Source: Tolypothrix carrinoi HA7290-LM1 (GTDB lineage: Bacteria > Cyanobacteriota > Cyanobacteriia > Cyanobacteriales > Nostocaceae). From it: a stretch of 64,000 nt of DNA. Both the position numbers and the translations under genes were made by a program. Positions 28,236-38,200 of the stretch are shown one piece after another; position 1 is the stretch's first letter, and each line of letters opens with the position of its first letter. The stretch is taken from positions 1-64,000 of the forward strand of contig JAHHIK010000038.1 in NCBI GenBank assembly GCA_019358935.1, written 5' to 3'. The notes under the pieces are model-generated. The model made no database searches. It saw only the letters and a list, made by a program, of their open reading frames with translations, and had not been told where the DNA came from.

Positions 28236-29783
28236 CATTACCTTGAGAATGTCCTCTGTGTGCTTGGTAAAATTTTTACCTATTAAGCTGGGAAGTTCGG
28301 GTACTTCATTCAATTTCTTCAACATAATGAATTTCAATTCCGCATAATCTTCACAAATGCCTTGTAAATCTGGATCTTTACCTGCCCATTCCCATAAGGT
28401 GCGTTGGTAATCTCTCACTAAAGCGTAAACTAAATAACGGCGTGCTAGTGAAAGCGCAGTTTTTACCCCGGCATTAATTCGGTGAGCGATCGCATACCAA
28501 GCCGCTAGATTATATAAAAACCGAGTATTTAACTCTGATGTCTCATCCCAATTTTTCTTCAGCTTGTCTATTTCTGCGATCGCTTCCTGAATCAAATTGA
28601 CATCACCTGTCATTAGCCCAGCCATCGCTTTGCCAATTATAATTCGCCGCTTGACAGATTCATCAAGACATGCATTAAGTGCGCGATCGTATTGCAGTAG
28701 TGCTTGACGTTGCCAATTGAGACATTCTTTGTCTGAAGTTTCTCGTCCAAAGCTGCTGTATGTGTCAGCTAAATTTTCGTAAGGTTGAAACCACTCAGGA
28801 TACAAAAGTATTGCTTGCTGTAAATCTTCAATTGCCAATTCGTAGAACAATTTGCCCTGAGTCGCAGCGCTAGCTAAGTTAAGAGCGCCAAAAAAGTTAT
28901 AAATCTTAGCTTGATAGCGATCGCGTTTTCGTCCCAAGTGATACCAGGGCACAGCAGCCACCATTTCGCGCCGACTGAGTTCTAACGCCAACCAGCGAAT
29001 AGCCGAGCCGAGTAGCTTTCTGTAGCGGTCTTTCAATGCTTGTTCGGATACTGCCTCAACTGATTCCCAGACCGTATACAACTTAGAAGAAAGACGACCT
29101 TCGATGTTAGTGATTTCAAAAGTAATTCCCAGGCGATCGTATTCTTTACCTTGGCTTTGCAAAATGCTAGTTACTTTCGTGCCATAAGTTGGAAATATCA
29201 CCTTTAATATGTTCACCGCTGGATGCATTTGCTCTGGTGTGAACTCGCTAAGTGAAGTTACCAACTCACCAAGTCGTTGGTCTGGGGTTGTTTGCGGTAA
29301 CGGTAACTTATCGGGAGGGTGATAGGTTTCGGGTCCTTGGTTGATGATATGCTCTTTCACCCGTTGACGGACACCTTTCATTTCCCCCACAAGTCTTTCT
29401 CGCGCTAATTGCGAAAGACCTGGTAAGACGTTGTTCATTTCCTCAGCATCAGAAGCATTGATGAAATTGTCTACAATCAACTGAGATGAGCGGCGAAAAA
29501 TCATGAAAATGAGGCGATAGACGATTAAAAGACTTAGTAAAGCTGCCACGACCTTTACCAAAATCATGGAAATTCTGGTGACGTTTTTCTCCGCCACTTC
29601 CAGGTCGTCTGTCAACTTAGTGACAGAGATTCTTGTTTTATCAGATTGACTCGGTGTTAATGTTGCAGTCGGTGTTGGTGTGGCAATAATCTGTTGACTA
29701 TATATGGATGGTCGCCGATATGCCGACAATCCATAACTAAAGACAAATAAGACACAGAATACTAACAACAGTCGTACTTTCAC
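28224..29783 (-). CDS. Membrane protein with C-terminal TPR-like helices
   Basis: Two N-terminal hydrophobic segments; AIEDLQQAILLYP...YENLADTY is TPR-like. Confidence 0.7.
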   Translation of the reverse strand: MKVRLLLVFCVLFVFSYGLSAYRRPSIYSQQIIATPTPTATLTPSQSDKTRISVTKLTDDLEVAEKNVTRISMILVKVVAALLSLLIVYRLIFMIFRRSSQLIVDNFINASDAEEMNNVLPGLSQLARERLVGEMKGVRQRVKEHIINQGPETYHPPDKLPLPQTTPDQRLGELVTSLSEFTPEQMHPAVNILKVIFPTYGTKVTSILQSQGKEYDRLGITFEITNIEGRLSSKLYTVWESVEAVSEQALKDRYRKLLGSAIRWLALELSRREMVAAVPWYHLGRKRDRYQAKIYNFFGALNLASAATQGKLFYELAIEDLQQAILLYPEWFQPYENLADTYSSFGRETSDKECLNWQRQALLQYDRALNACLDESVKRRIIIGKAMAGLMTGDVNLIQEAIAEIDKLKKNWDETSELNTRFLYNLAAWYAIAHRINAGVKTALSLARRYLVYALVRDYQRTLWEWAGKDPDLQGICEDYAELKFIMLKKLNEVPELPSLIGKNFTKHTEDILKVMGNG

Positions 29784-29862
29784 AACTTTCGGCTTGGTGA
29801 TATTATGTCCGCTGTAGTGAGCGCTTCAGCGCTCTATATTAAGCGCTGAAGCGCTCACTACG

Positions 29863-30666
29863 TTACTGTGATGAATTAGCTGAATCAGCAGTAAATTGAA
29901 TGCTGGGGTCTGGCATAAAAGTATACCTTAGATAAAGTCCACCGACAACAAACAAAATAATCAACAAACTACCAATACCGAGGGGACTGGGAAGCCAGAA
30001 AGTTGCTTCGATGTGGTTTAGTTGACCGGGGATGAGCTTCCATACCAGTTTATTTTGACTTTTTTCGGGAGCAATCGCGCTTTCGGTTTCTTGAATGATT
30101 TTTGCTCCCCAAGGAGTTTTCAAGCTAAATTCTAAATCGAGAATTGAACCGGCATTCGCCAAAACGTTACCATTGCTGGCAATTAGAGAAAGCGATCGCA
30201 AATCCACATCGTAAATCAACCGATTTCGCACTAACAGTAAAAAATTGTTTTGAAACAAAAGTAAGTTTGACTCAATTTTTGGCAATTCTGAATCAGATGT
30301 ACTTTTAACTTCAGTTTTTTGATTAATGTTGGGATTGAAAAATTCGTTAAACTTCGTTTGTAATTCCTCACCATTACTGAAGGGAATTGTGACGATAATT
30401 TCTGATTGAGAAAGTCGCCGTACTTTGCCTTCTTCTTTGCGGGCGCGGCGTTCGATGCTATTTAACCATTCGTGTACTGAGTCACCGCTAAAACTAGTCA
30501 GGCGTTCTGCTAACTTAATATGCTGCACCAGTTCGCCGCGATTGGAGTTTTCAAAGTTTACCCCCGCTTCATACTGTACGCAACCAGATAGCAACAGAGA
30601 TGCCAATAGTACGAAAAAGACAAATCTTAGCCGTGCAAAGCTTTTTGCTAAAGCCGATAAATTCAT
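29863..30666 (-). CDS. DUF3153-like lipoprotein
   Basis: LLLSGC lipobox, LKTPWG motif, C-terminal WLPSPLGIG TM. Confidence 0.75.
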   Translation of the reverse strand: MNLSALAKSFARLRFVFFVLLASLLLSGCVQYEAGVNFENSNRGELVQHIKLAERLTSFSGDSVHEWLNSIERRARKEEGKVRRLSQSEIIVTIPFSNGEELQTKFNEFFNPNINQKTEVKSTSDSELPKIESNLLLFQNNFLLLVRNRLIYDVDLRSLSLIASNGNVLANAGSILDLEFSLKTPWGAKIIQETESAIAPEKSQNKLVWKLIPGQLNHIEATFWLPSPLGIGSLLIILFVVGGLYLRYTFMPDPSIQFTADSANSSQ

Positions 30667-30716
30667 TACTATAAATCTCCACCAAAGTCAAGAATATTAT
30701 CTTTCTTCTCTGCGGT

Positions 30717-31238
30717 TCAAAGACTCAACCAAACCAAGCTACCCAAGATTAAACTAATGGTAATTAATGCGACCCAAATAAAGCGATTATCTTTAGTATT
30801 GACTTGGCTTAAGTCAACGTATTCTCGCTCAGTCGGCTTTTTGGGTTGGTTCGATTTTGTACTATTAGCAGCGAGACGAATTTTACTTTCATTATCAGAC
30901 AATGCGCCCAAATCGGGAATTTGAGTCATCCATTCGCTTGGTCTTTGTAGCTTCGGTGCTTTGAGAATATAAACCAAGCGTCGGGCTTGTTTGCTGGTTT
31001 CGGAAAAAGGATGGCGTTTGAGTTCTTCGCAAAGGGCGATCGCATCTTCAGTGCGTCCAGCAGCTTCATAAGCTGTTACCAGCCAGATTTGTACCTCTCC
31101 CCCGGTGCGAGAATTGCGATTCACTAGAGCGATCGCTTTTTCTAAATTTTCCACCGCTTGCCGATATTGCCCACTTTCAAAAGCAGCTTTCCCAGACTGG
31201 TAAAGATTTTTGGCAATTTCTAAACTTTCTGCACTCAC
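30717..31238 (-). CDS. TPR protein with C-terminal TM anchor
   Basis: YQSGKAAFESGQYRQAVENLEKA and a hydrophobic C-terminus. Confidence 0.8.
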   Translation of the reverse strand: MSAESLEIAKNLYQSGKAAFESGQYRQAVENLEKAIALVNRNSRTGGEVQIWLVTAYEAAGRTEDAIALCEELKRHPFSETSKQARRLVYILKAPKLQRPSEWMTQIPDLGALSDNESKIRLAANSTKSNQPKKPTEREYVDLSQVNTKDNRFIWVALITISLILGSLVWLSL

Positions 31239-31474
31239 GTTTTGCACACAAATCAGCACTTTCTTAATTGTGCCAACGCCAGGAATATTTTTAAATCTTT
31301 CTCAAGCTGGTAACGTCAAACTAGATAAAGTTTTAAAATTGTAGTAAGTATACGTAGATTACTCGAATAAACCACACCCGCCCGTTGGTGTAGGTGCATC
31401 CTTTGTTAATTACGCTATTGTCTACGTCTAAAAAGGTTAAAAATTCTAACTTATCAAATCTGGGCGGTCAAAAT

Positions 31475-31966
31475 ATGCTTAAAATCAAGCATTGGCAACT
31501 CAACTGGCTGGGATTAGTCTCTGTGGCACTAATAAGCGCGACAATTGCCCCAGCCGCAGCCGAACAAGTAATAGTGATTGATGGTGGTGGAATTTCCATC
31601 GGTGTAAATCAGCCGCGTGTACGTGGTAACTCGATTTATTACAATCAACCGCGTGTACGTGGTAACTCGATTTATTACGGTAATCCAATCAGGGTAAATC
31701 AACCACCTACCGTTGGTAATTTTATTTACGGTAGTCCGATTGCAACTCCCATACCTGTAGATCCAACAACGGGATTAACACCGAGTCGTAGCAGTGGTTA
31801 CTACTATTCCCCGTATAGGCAGAATGTGAGAAATTCTACTTTTGTCAATCCAGTGTTGGTTAATCCGACAATTCGAGAGTCAACGCTAATTAATCCAACG
31901 ATTGTCAGAGATTCATGGCGTCGTAGACCAGTCAGGCAGCGTGTTATCTACAATTATCCTTGGTAA
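31475..31966 (+). CDS. Secreted hypothetical protein with a 36-bp tandem duplication
   Basis: Signal peptide; NQPRVRGNSIYY occurs twice (31607-31678). Confidence 0.7.
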   Translation: MLKIKHWQLNWLGLVSVALISATIAPAAAEQVIVIDGGGISIGVNQPRVRGNSIYYNQPRVRGNSIYYGNPIRVNQPPTVGNFIYGSPIATPIPVDPTTGLTPSRSSGYYYSPYRQNVRNSTFVNPVLVNPTIRESTLINPTIVRDSWRRRPVRQRVIYNYPW

Positions 31967-32098
31967 TAGGGAATGGGGGGAGGGGGAGAAGGGGGAGAGG
32001 GGGGAGACAAGGGGGCAGGGGGGGCAGGGGGGGCAGGGAAAGTTAAAATTACCAATGCCCAATGCCCAATGCCCCATGCCCAATGCCCAATGCCCCAT

Positions 32099-32190
32099 GA
32101 CGCGGCTATGCTTCAAGTCGGCAGAGCCGACGGCAGGTGCTACAACGGGGGGAAAATACGCAACGCACTGCCTCCCCAACGCACTGGCTC
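32099..32190. repeat. Nested small dispersed repeat inside an STRR tract, identical to 43043-43134
   Basis: 92-bp match by eye. Confidence 0.85.
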
Positions 32191-32230
32191 CCCCATGCCC
32201 CATGCCCCATGCCCCATGCCCAATGCCCAT

Positions 32231-33127
32231 CTAAGAAGTAAATTGAGAACCGATCAACATTGTGCCGATACCGATGTCGGTGAAGATTTCTAGCAGCAGG
32301 GCGTGAGGAATGCGACCATCAATGATGTGTGCTGCACGTACTCCTTGAGCGAGCGATCGCACGCAACAATTTACTTTTGGAATCATCCCACCACTAACTA
32401 CATTAGTGGCAATCAACTCGCGGGCTTCTTGAATATCCACTTTCGGAATCAAGCTTGACGGATCTTTGTAATCTTTTAAAATACCCCGCGTATCTGTCAG
32501 CAAAATCAACTTTTCTGCCCCAAGTGCTGCGGCTATCTCTCCAGCTACTGTATCAGCATTAATGTTGTAAGCTTGTCCTGTCTCGTCTGCGGCTACGCTA
32601 GAAACTACTGGGATATAGCCATTGCTTGCGAGTGTCTCCAAAATCTTGATATTCACACCGCAAACTTCTCCCACAAAGCCAATGCCTTCTTGACCTTGGG
32701 GACGAGCTTTAATTAAGTTACCATCTTTACCGCATAATCCCACCGCCAATCCGCCAGCTTGGTTAATCAAAGCGACAATTTCTTTGTTAACTCGACCGAC
32801 TAAAACCATTTCCACCACATCCATTGTGGGGGCATCGGTGACGCGCAGACCATTTTTAAATTGTGCTTCGATTCCCAGTTTATCCAGCCAGCTGTTAATT
32901 TCTGGTCCCCCACCGTGGACTAAAATTGGTCGCAAGCCGACGCAGGATAAAAATACAACGTCGCGGATAACTTTATCTTTGAGGGTGCTATCTTTCATTG
33001 CCGCACCACCGTATTTGACAACAACGGTGCGTCCGGCAAATTGCTGGATGTAAGGTAATGCTTCGCTCAGTACTTGCACGCGAGTGGCTGCGGCTTGTCT
33101 GATATACTCAGTATCGTTGACTATCAT
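32231..33127 (-). CDS. argB: Acetylglutamate kinase
   Basis: [35 protein letters not shown]. Confidence 0.97.
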   Translation of the reverse strand: MIVNDTEYIRQAAATRVQVLSEALPYIQQFAGRTVVVKYGGAAMKDSTLKDKVIRDVVFLSCVGLRPILVHGGGPEINSWLDKLGIEAQFKNGLRVTDAPTMDVVEMVLVGRVNKEIVALINQAGGLAVGLCGKDGNLIKARPQGQEGIGFVGEVCGVNIKILETLASNGYIPVVSSVAADETGQAYNINADTVAGEIAAALGAEKLILLTDTRGILKDYKDPSSLIPKVDIQEARELIATNVVSGGMIPKVNCCVRSLAQGVRAAHIIDGRIPHALLLEIFTDIGIGTMLIGSQFTS

Positions 33128-33493
33128 GGGGAACTGTTGACAGTTAAAACCGATCTAGACAGTATAAATGAGTTTGGTACTCTCAACAATCTCTCATAAG
33201 ACAGTACAAAAGCATACTGGCAGCTAGATGTTTGTTCTAGCCAGTACAATATTGATCGCACAAAGAAAGTAATGAATTAAATTCGCATTCTTCTCTGCGT
33301 CCCTCTGCGCTTACTCTGTGTTCCCACCGTTCGCGTTGGCGGAGCCTCTCGAAGAGAAGCGTCTCCGCGATTGAGAAGCTTTGATCGGAGGAAACCTCCG
33401 CTCAAACTTCTCTCTGCGTTTAAAAAGGCTACGATTTTACGAGGAGTGCTGTACTAGGGTAAGCACATCGTAAAGAAAATATAAGAATATTTA

Positions 33494-34021
33494 TTATTTC
33501 AGAACTGTGGGAATCGCCTCAAGTACTTTCCGAGCCACTTGTTCGGGTGTTTCTTCCTCACTGACGCTGATTCGCAGATCGGCTTGATTGTAAAGTGCTT
33601 GTCGTTGTTCGAGAAGCGATCGCAGTTTTTGCTTCAAGTCAACATCTTGCAGTAGCGGTCTTGTGGTATCAAGAGCTAAACGGGTGTAAAGTAACTCTAC
33701 TGGCACATCCAGCCAAACAATCAAACCGTGGCGCAGGTAACTCCAGTTTTTTTGTTGGAGAATAACCCCTCCACCAGTGGAGATAACTAATTTTGTAAAA
33801 GCGCAAATTTGTGCTAATACATCGCTTTCGATTTGACGAAAACCCGCTTCGCCTTCCAAAGCAAACAACTGATTAATACTTCGTCCGGTTGTTTGTTCAA
33901 TTACGTTATCCGCATCGACAAACCCGTAACTCAATTGTTTGGCAAGTTCGCGCCCTACAGTAGTCTTACCGGCGCCCATCATGCCAATTAAGTACAGGTT
34001 AACTCCTTTTAATATACTCAC
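33494..34021 (-). CDS. aroK: Shikimate kinase
   Basis: GMMGAGKTTVG, GEAGFRQIE, STGGG, RPLL. Confidence 0.95.
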   Translation of the reverse strand: MSILKGVNLYLIGMMGAGKTTVGRELAKQLSYGFVDADNVIEQTTGRSINQLFALEGEAGFRQIESDVLAQICAFTKLVISTGGGVILQQKNWSYLRHGLIVWLDVPVELLYTRLALDTTRPLLQDVDLKQKLRSLLEQRQALYNQADLRISVSEEETPEQVARKVLEAIPTVLK

Positions 34022-34234
34022 TGTTAATTTTCTACTCCTTTAGGGCGGGGAAACCCCATAGAAACCCCACCCCTACTACTAACCCAACGGGAGAGCCAGT
34101 TGCGTGACTGTCGGCAGAGCCTTTCGGCAGTCGCTCATGGGGGTAACGAACATGACCGCGCTGCCTCACCAACGCACTGGCTCACCACGCTCCCACTAAC
34201 TACTAACCACTAACTACTAACCACTAACTCTATT

Positions 34235-35848
34235 TTACATCTCCGCGTTGAGGCGAATTTCTCGAATGTGGTTTTTTAATTGCGCTTCAAAAATTGTCTG
34301 ACTCATCAATGAGTAACCTGATTTATCTTGATTTTTAAAATTTTCCTCAATTAATCGTTCAGCTATATATTCCATCAAAACTGGGGTTTGTGCAAAGCCG
34401 GATGCTTGTCTTTCAATTAGCGATCGCCTTTGTAATAACTCTATAGCTTCTAATATTAATCGTTGCGAAACTCGTGGTATAATCTCTTTTTGCAATTTTC
34501 GCACTGAAACCAAATTGCGATTCAGTGCTAGCCAATGCATAATTTGCTTTTCCAAATTAGATAAACGATAAAACTGCTCATCTAAAATTGCCCGAATGTC
34601 GCCAAAAACCATAGTACCTTGTTCTAAAAATTCATATATATTACCAGCAAATAATTCTTGAATAGTTGTAGCAACTAATTTAATAAATAATGGATTACCT
34701 GCATACCACTCAATTAAAACTCTGCATTCGGATTCGTCAGAATCTGTAAACCCTTTTTCTTTGAGAATTTGCCAACTTTCTGCATTACTTAATCCTGTCA
34801 ATTTCCAAGAGCGAACAGGTAATTTTTTTCCTTGTAGCGCGGCAATTTCTTGAGGTTTTTCTCTACTGGTTAACACCAAGCAACTTTGATGTTGAGAGTC
34901 TCCTAATCTTCTGATTAACTCTCCATAATTTTCATAACCTTTAAGATACCGAATTTGCTTGGTAACATAACCAGAAGGATTTTTTACGTCTGGGTTGCTA
35001 GCTGGCATAGAGAGAGGATATTCTCCGATCAAGTCGGTATCGTTGCTATTGCTTAAAATCGAGTCTACACCATCTAATACAATTAGACAGCGTGAAGAGC
35101 GCAAACACTCAATTAGTTGGGAAATGTTGCTTTCGACACTTTCTGTACTTTGTGTTTGCGCTTCGGGAGATAAAAGCGAAATTAGTTGATTTAAGATGAC
35201 TTCTAGGGGTGGGGCAAGATTTAGCGATCGCCAAATCACAAATTCAAAATTTTCCTTAATTGCTTCTGCCAGCTTTACTGACAAAGCTGTTTTACCAATT
35301 CCACCCATACCTAAGAGTACCACTAATCGACAGCGCTCTTGCACAATCCATTCAGATAAAGATGCGAGTTCGCTAGTCCGTCCGTAGAATTTACTCACAT
35401 CAATCGCTTCACCCCAATTATGTCTTTGGGCTGTTTTCATCGTACCAAAATCAGCTTTGTTTTTCTCGGTTGTGATTATTTGATTGTTAGTCACATCTAT
35501 TTGAAACCAACCTTTTTTATAACCTGCTTTCTCTAGTAACTGAGTCACCCGACTCCAGTTTTTGACCTTAATGCTGCTTCCTTCTTGGTTACTCAGCATA
35601 TCTTCTATGTATTTATATAGTCCATTAGAAAGATAAACTCTCACAGTACTACTACTGCGACTTTTATAAACTGCATTAGCAATTTCTGCCGGACTAAAAC
35701 CACAAAGTAAACCTCTCAAAAATTTCTTTTCAACAGGTGTCAGAGCTTTTCCCTTTGCCGATGCCAAATCAACGTATAACTTTTCTAGCTCCCAATTATT
35801 TTTAGCCTCTAAAAAATCCTCTTCTATTTTATTTAAATTAGCTGTCAT
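34235..35848 (-). CDS. HTH + NB-ARC/STAND NTPase protein lacking a repeat sensor domain
   Basis: N-terminal HTH (SPAEIA...TVRVYLS), FYGR..EL, GMGGIGKT, LIVLD, LTSRE, GNPL. Confidence 0.85.
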   Translation of the reverse strand: MTANLNKIEEDFLEAKNNWELEKLYVDLASAKGKALTPVEKKFLRGLLCGFSPAEIANAVYKSRSSSTVRVYLSNGLYKYIEDMLSNQEGSSIKVKNWSRVTQLLEKAGYKKGWFQIDVTNNQIITTEKNKADFGTMKTAQRHNWGEAIDVSKFYGRTSELASLSEWIVQERCRLVVLLGMGGIGKTALSVKLAEAIKENFEFVIWRSLNLAPPLEVILNQLISLLSPEAQTQSTESVESNISQLIECLRSSRCLIVLDGVDSILSNSNDTDLIGEYPLSMPASNPDVKNPSGYVTKQIRYLKGYENYGELIRRLGDSQHQSCLVLTSREKPQEIAALQGKKLPVRSWKLTGLSNAESWQILKEKGFTDSDESECRVLIEWYAGNPLFIKLVATTIQELFAGNIYEFLEQGTMVFGDIRAILDEQFYRLSNLEKQIMHWLALNRNLVSVRKLQKEIIPRVSQRLILEAIELLQRRSLIERQASGFAQTPVLMEYIAERLIEENFKNQDKSGYSLMSQTIFEAQLKNHIREIRLNAEM

Positions 35849-36309
35849 TACGGTTATTTATTTAAAGTAGCGATTTGGCAATATATTAACGATTTATATA
35901 TAAAATCCGAATAAATAAACAATGAATTTATAACGAATTTAATAACATTCGTTAGGTGACTTGCCAGTTGTTGCTTCGGTATCTTTAGGCTTAACGGAAA
36001 TTTAATAAAGCTTCTTTGAAACTTTATTAAATTTGTGTCGTCAATATAAACGATCAAGACACTTTCTCACTGGGGCAGTTTTAAGTTTATACAATACTGT
36101 GTTTCTACCCTCACAGTATTAACATGAAAAAAACTTAGTCATAGCAAGCCCCACTCCAAATCAGTTAAAAATCATGGTGTAAATTATGACGTATTTTGTG
36201 ACATTGTGCAAAAAAGCTTTGCCAACTTAACGGTTGAAGAACAAAAACTACTGCATATCTTATTTGAGTGCGCCCGAATAAATAAGTGTGGTCTATTGAG
36301 GTATCAACC

Positions 36310-36504
36310 ATGACTCGAATTCGTGACGTTGTGCAAAAAGCGCTATCTACTGGCTATCTAACGGTTGAAGCCGAAAATCAACTACGACATTTACTGACAA
36401 CCCGGTATGACTTAGAAGACTTTAAAGCTTTTATGAGCTTGCAAGAAGCGGCGATGATGGGCAAAGTGAAGCAGGAGTCTCGCGAAGAAAGATGTGGCAT
36501 TTAG
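36310..36504 (+). CDS. Small conserved cyanobacterial hypothetical protein
   Basis: GAGG RBS; IRDVVQKAL.TGYLTVEAE.QLR..L...V.QESRE. Confidence 0.7.
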   Translation: MTRIRDVVQKALSTGYLTVEAENQLRHLLTTRYDLEDFKAFMSLQEAAMMGKVKQESREERCGI

Positions 36505-36526
36505 CACATAAATACCACATCCCTAC

Positions 36527-37228
36527 TCAAGAGCGCGATCGCTCATCGTCATCCACATCGTCATCATCAAAAAATCCCCAATCATCATCATCATTCTTCT
36601 GATTGGTAGTCGTCGGTGGTTGATAAGGCGGTATGATTACTCGGTAATCAGCATCGTAAACTGATTCAGTTTTTCCTACTCCAGAATTTTTTGGTTGGCG
36701 GTAGCTGTAGGAATAAACTGAACCAGATTGAGAACTAGTTTTGGGTTGTTGTTGACGTTCGTAGCTTTGATCTCTATCCTGTATGTTTTCCTCTCTTTGA
36801 GTAGACGCAACATTAGACTTCTCTTCAAAGTCCCAATCATCATCTGTACTCTTATTTGTGTCCCAATCATCCGCTACGTCGTTACTGCTTCTAGACTCTG
36901 TTGTACTAGCCGTTGGTGTAGGGTTGACAGGAGGGCGGGAAAATGTTTCTTCTCTACGGGTTTGCTTATTTTGAGGTGAAGCGGCTGGTGATTTAAGTCT
37001 TGGGCGTTGTTGTCGAGCCAAATAAGCGGACAAATTAAACAAGCTGCTGATAAATACAGATGTAACAGCACCAGCAGTTGTACTAAACAAAATCCACATC
37101 GCCAATGGCAAAGGTTGAGTCCGTATCCCCAAAAATACTAACGGTAGAACAGGCGACCAGTTTTGCGCTAACAATAGCGTTAGTCCTCCCAGTACCGCCA
37201 CTAATAAAATTAAGCGAATGATATCCAT
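36527..37228 (-). CDS. LapA-like membrane protein with acidic DDWD tail
   Basis: Two N-terminal TM helices (QN..P...L.FLG); YDADYRVI.PP. Confidence 0.7.
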   Translation of the reverse strand: MDIIRLILLVAVLGGLTLLLAQNWSPVLPLVFLGIRTQPLPLAMWILFSTTAGAVTSVFISSLFNLSAYLARQQRPRLKSPAASPQNKQTRREETFSRPPVNPTPTASTTESRSSNDVADDWDTNKSTDDDWDFEEKSNVASTQREENIQDRDQSYERQQQPKTSSQSGSVYSYSYRQPKNSGVGKTESVYDADYRVIIPPYQPPTTTNQKNDDDDWGFFDDDDVDDDERSRS

Positions 37229-37410
37229 ATAAAAAGAGGGGTAAAGGTAATTCACAGAGGGGCAATGGGCAATGGGCAATGGGCAATGGGCATTGGGAAT
37301 AGGTAATAGGTAATAGGTAATAGAAAGAAATTGTCCCCCACTCCCCCCATCTCCCCATCTCCCCATCTCCCCCTCTCCCCCATGCCCCATGCCCCATGCC
37401 CCTTCCCCTT

Positions 37411-38031
37411 CTATTTTCTCCCTTGCCAGCGTTGAAGTGGGATGCAGTCAATATCCAGTTGGTCTAAAGCACGAGCAACAACAAAATCAACTAAATCCTC
37501 AATTGTTTGCGGATTGTGATACCAAGCAGGAATGGCGGGGACAATTCTTGCCCCGACTTCTGCCAAAGCAGTTAAATTACGCAAGTGAATCAGGCTAAAA
37601 GGAGTTTCACGGGGAACGATTATCAGCTTTCGACCTTCTTTAAGCTGGACATCTGCTGCCCGTTCTAATAAGTCGGAACTCAAGCCGGCTGCTAGCTTGG
37701 CTACGGTGCTCATACTGCATGGAATCACAATCATCCCTAGGGTACGAAACGAACCACTGGCAATATTCGCTCCAACATCACCCCAAGGATGGCAATGTAG
37801 TTTGCCTGCGGCTTCAACTTTTGCTTGCTGTCGCCAAAATTGCTCTTGTTGAACAGGTTCTACAGGCATCCGAATATTCTGCTCTGATTGCCAAACCATG
37901 TAACTTGACTTCGAGGCAACTAATTCAATTTCATAGTCGGCTTCAAGCAGAAATTTAATCGCTCGAACGGCGTAAATTAAACCTGATGCACCTGATATGC
38001 CTAAGATAAGGGGTTTAGTGTTATTTGACAC
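37411..38031 (-). CDS. ubiX: Flavin prenyltransferase
   Basis: GISGASG, IASGSF, PCSMST, RAADVQLKE, RETP. Confidence 0.95.
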   Translation of the reverse strand: MSNNTKPLILGISGASGLIYAVRAIKFLLEADYEIELVASKSSYMVWQSEQNIRMPVEPVQQEQFWRQQAKVEAAGKLHCHPWGDVGANIASGSFRTLGMIVIPCSMSTVAKLAAGLSSDLLERAADVQLKEGRKLIIVPRETPFSLIHLRNLTALAEVGARIVPAIPAWYHNPQTIEDLVDFVVARALDQLDIDCIPLQRWQGRK

Positions 38032-38200
38032 GCTTTTTTAGTACGGGTTAGGGAATTGGTAGTTGGTTGTTAGTTGTTAGTTGTTAGTTGATAGTTGATA
38101 GTTGATAGTTGATAGTTGATAGTTGTTGGTTGATAGTTGATAGTTGTTACGACTAACTACTAACTACTAACCACTAACCACTAACCACTAACCACTCCCC

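Noticed and set aside
31902..32293. ORFs rich in MPNAQCP / GHWALG (also 42814-43267, 37083-37451, 52501-52746, 47425-47622)
   Set aside because: These are translations of STRR heptamer tracts.
36527..37390. Long start at 37390, and likewise typA at 21229 and the 8830 ORF at 10146
   Set aside because: The extensions run through repeats or non-conserved-looking sequence; downstream ATGs fit better.
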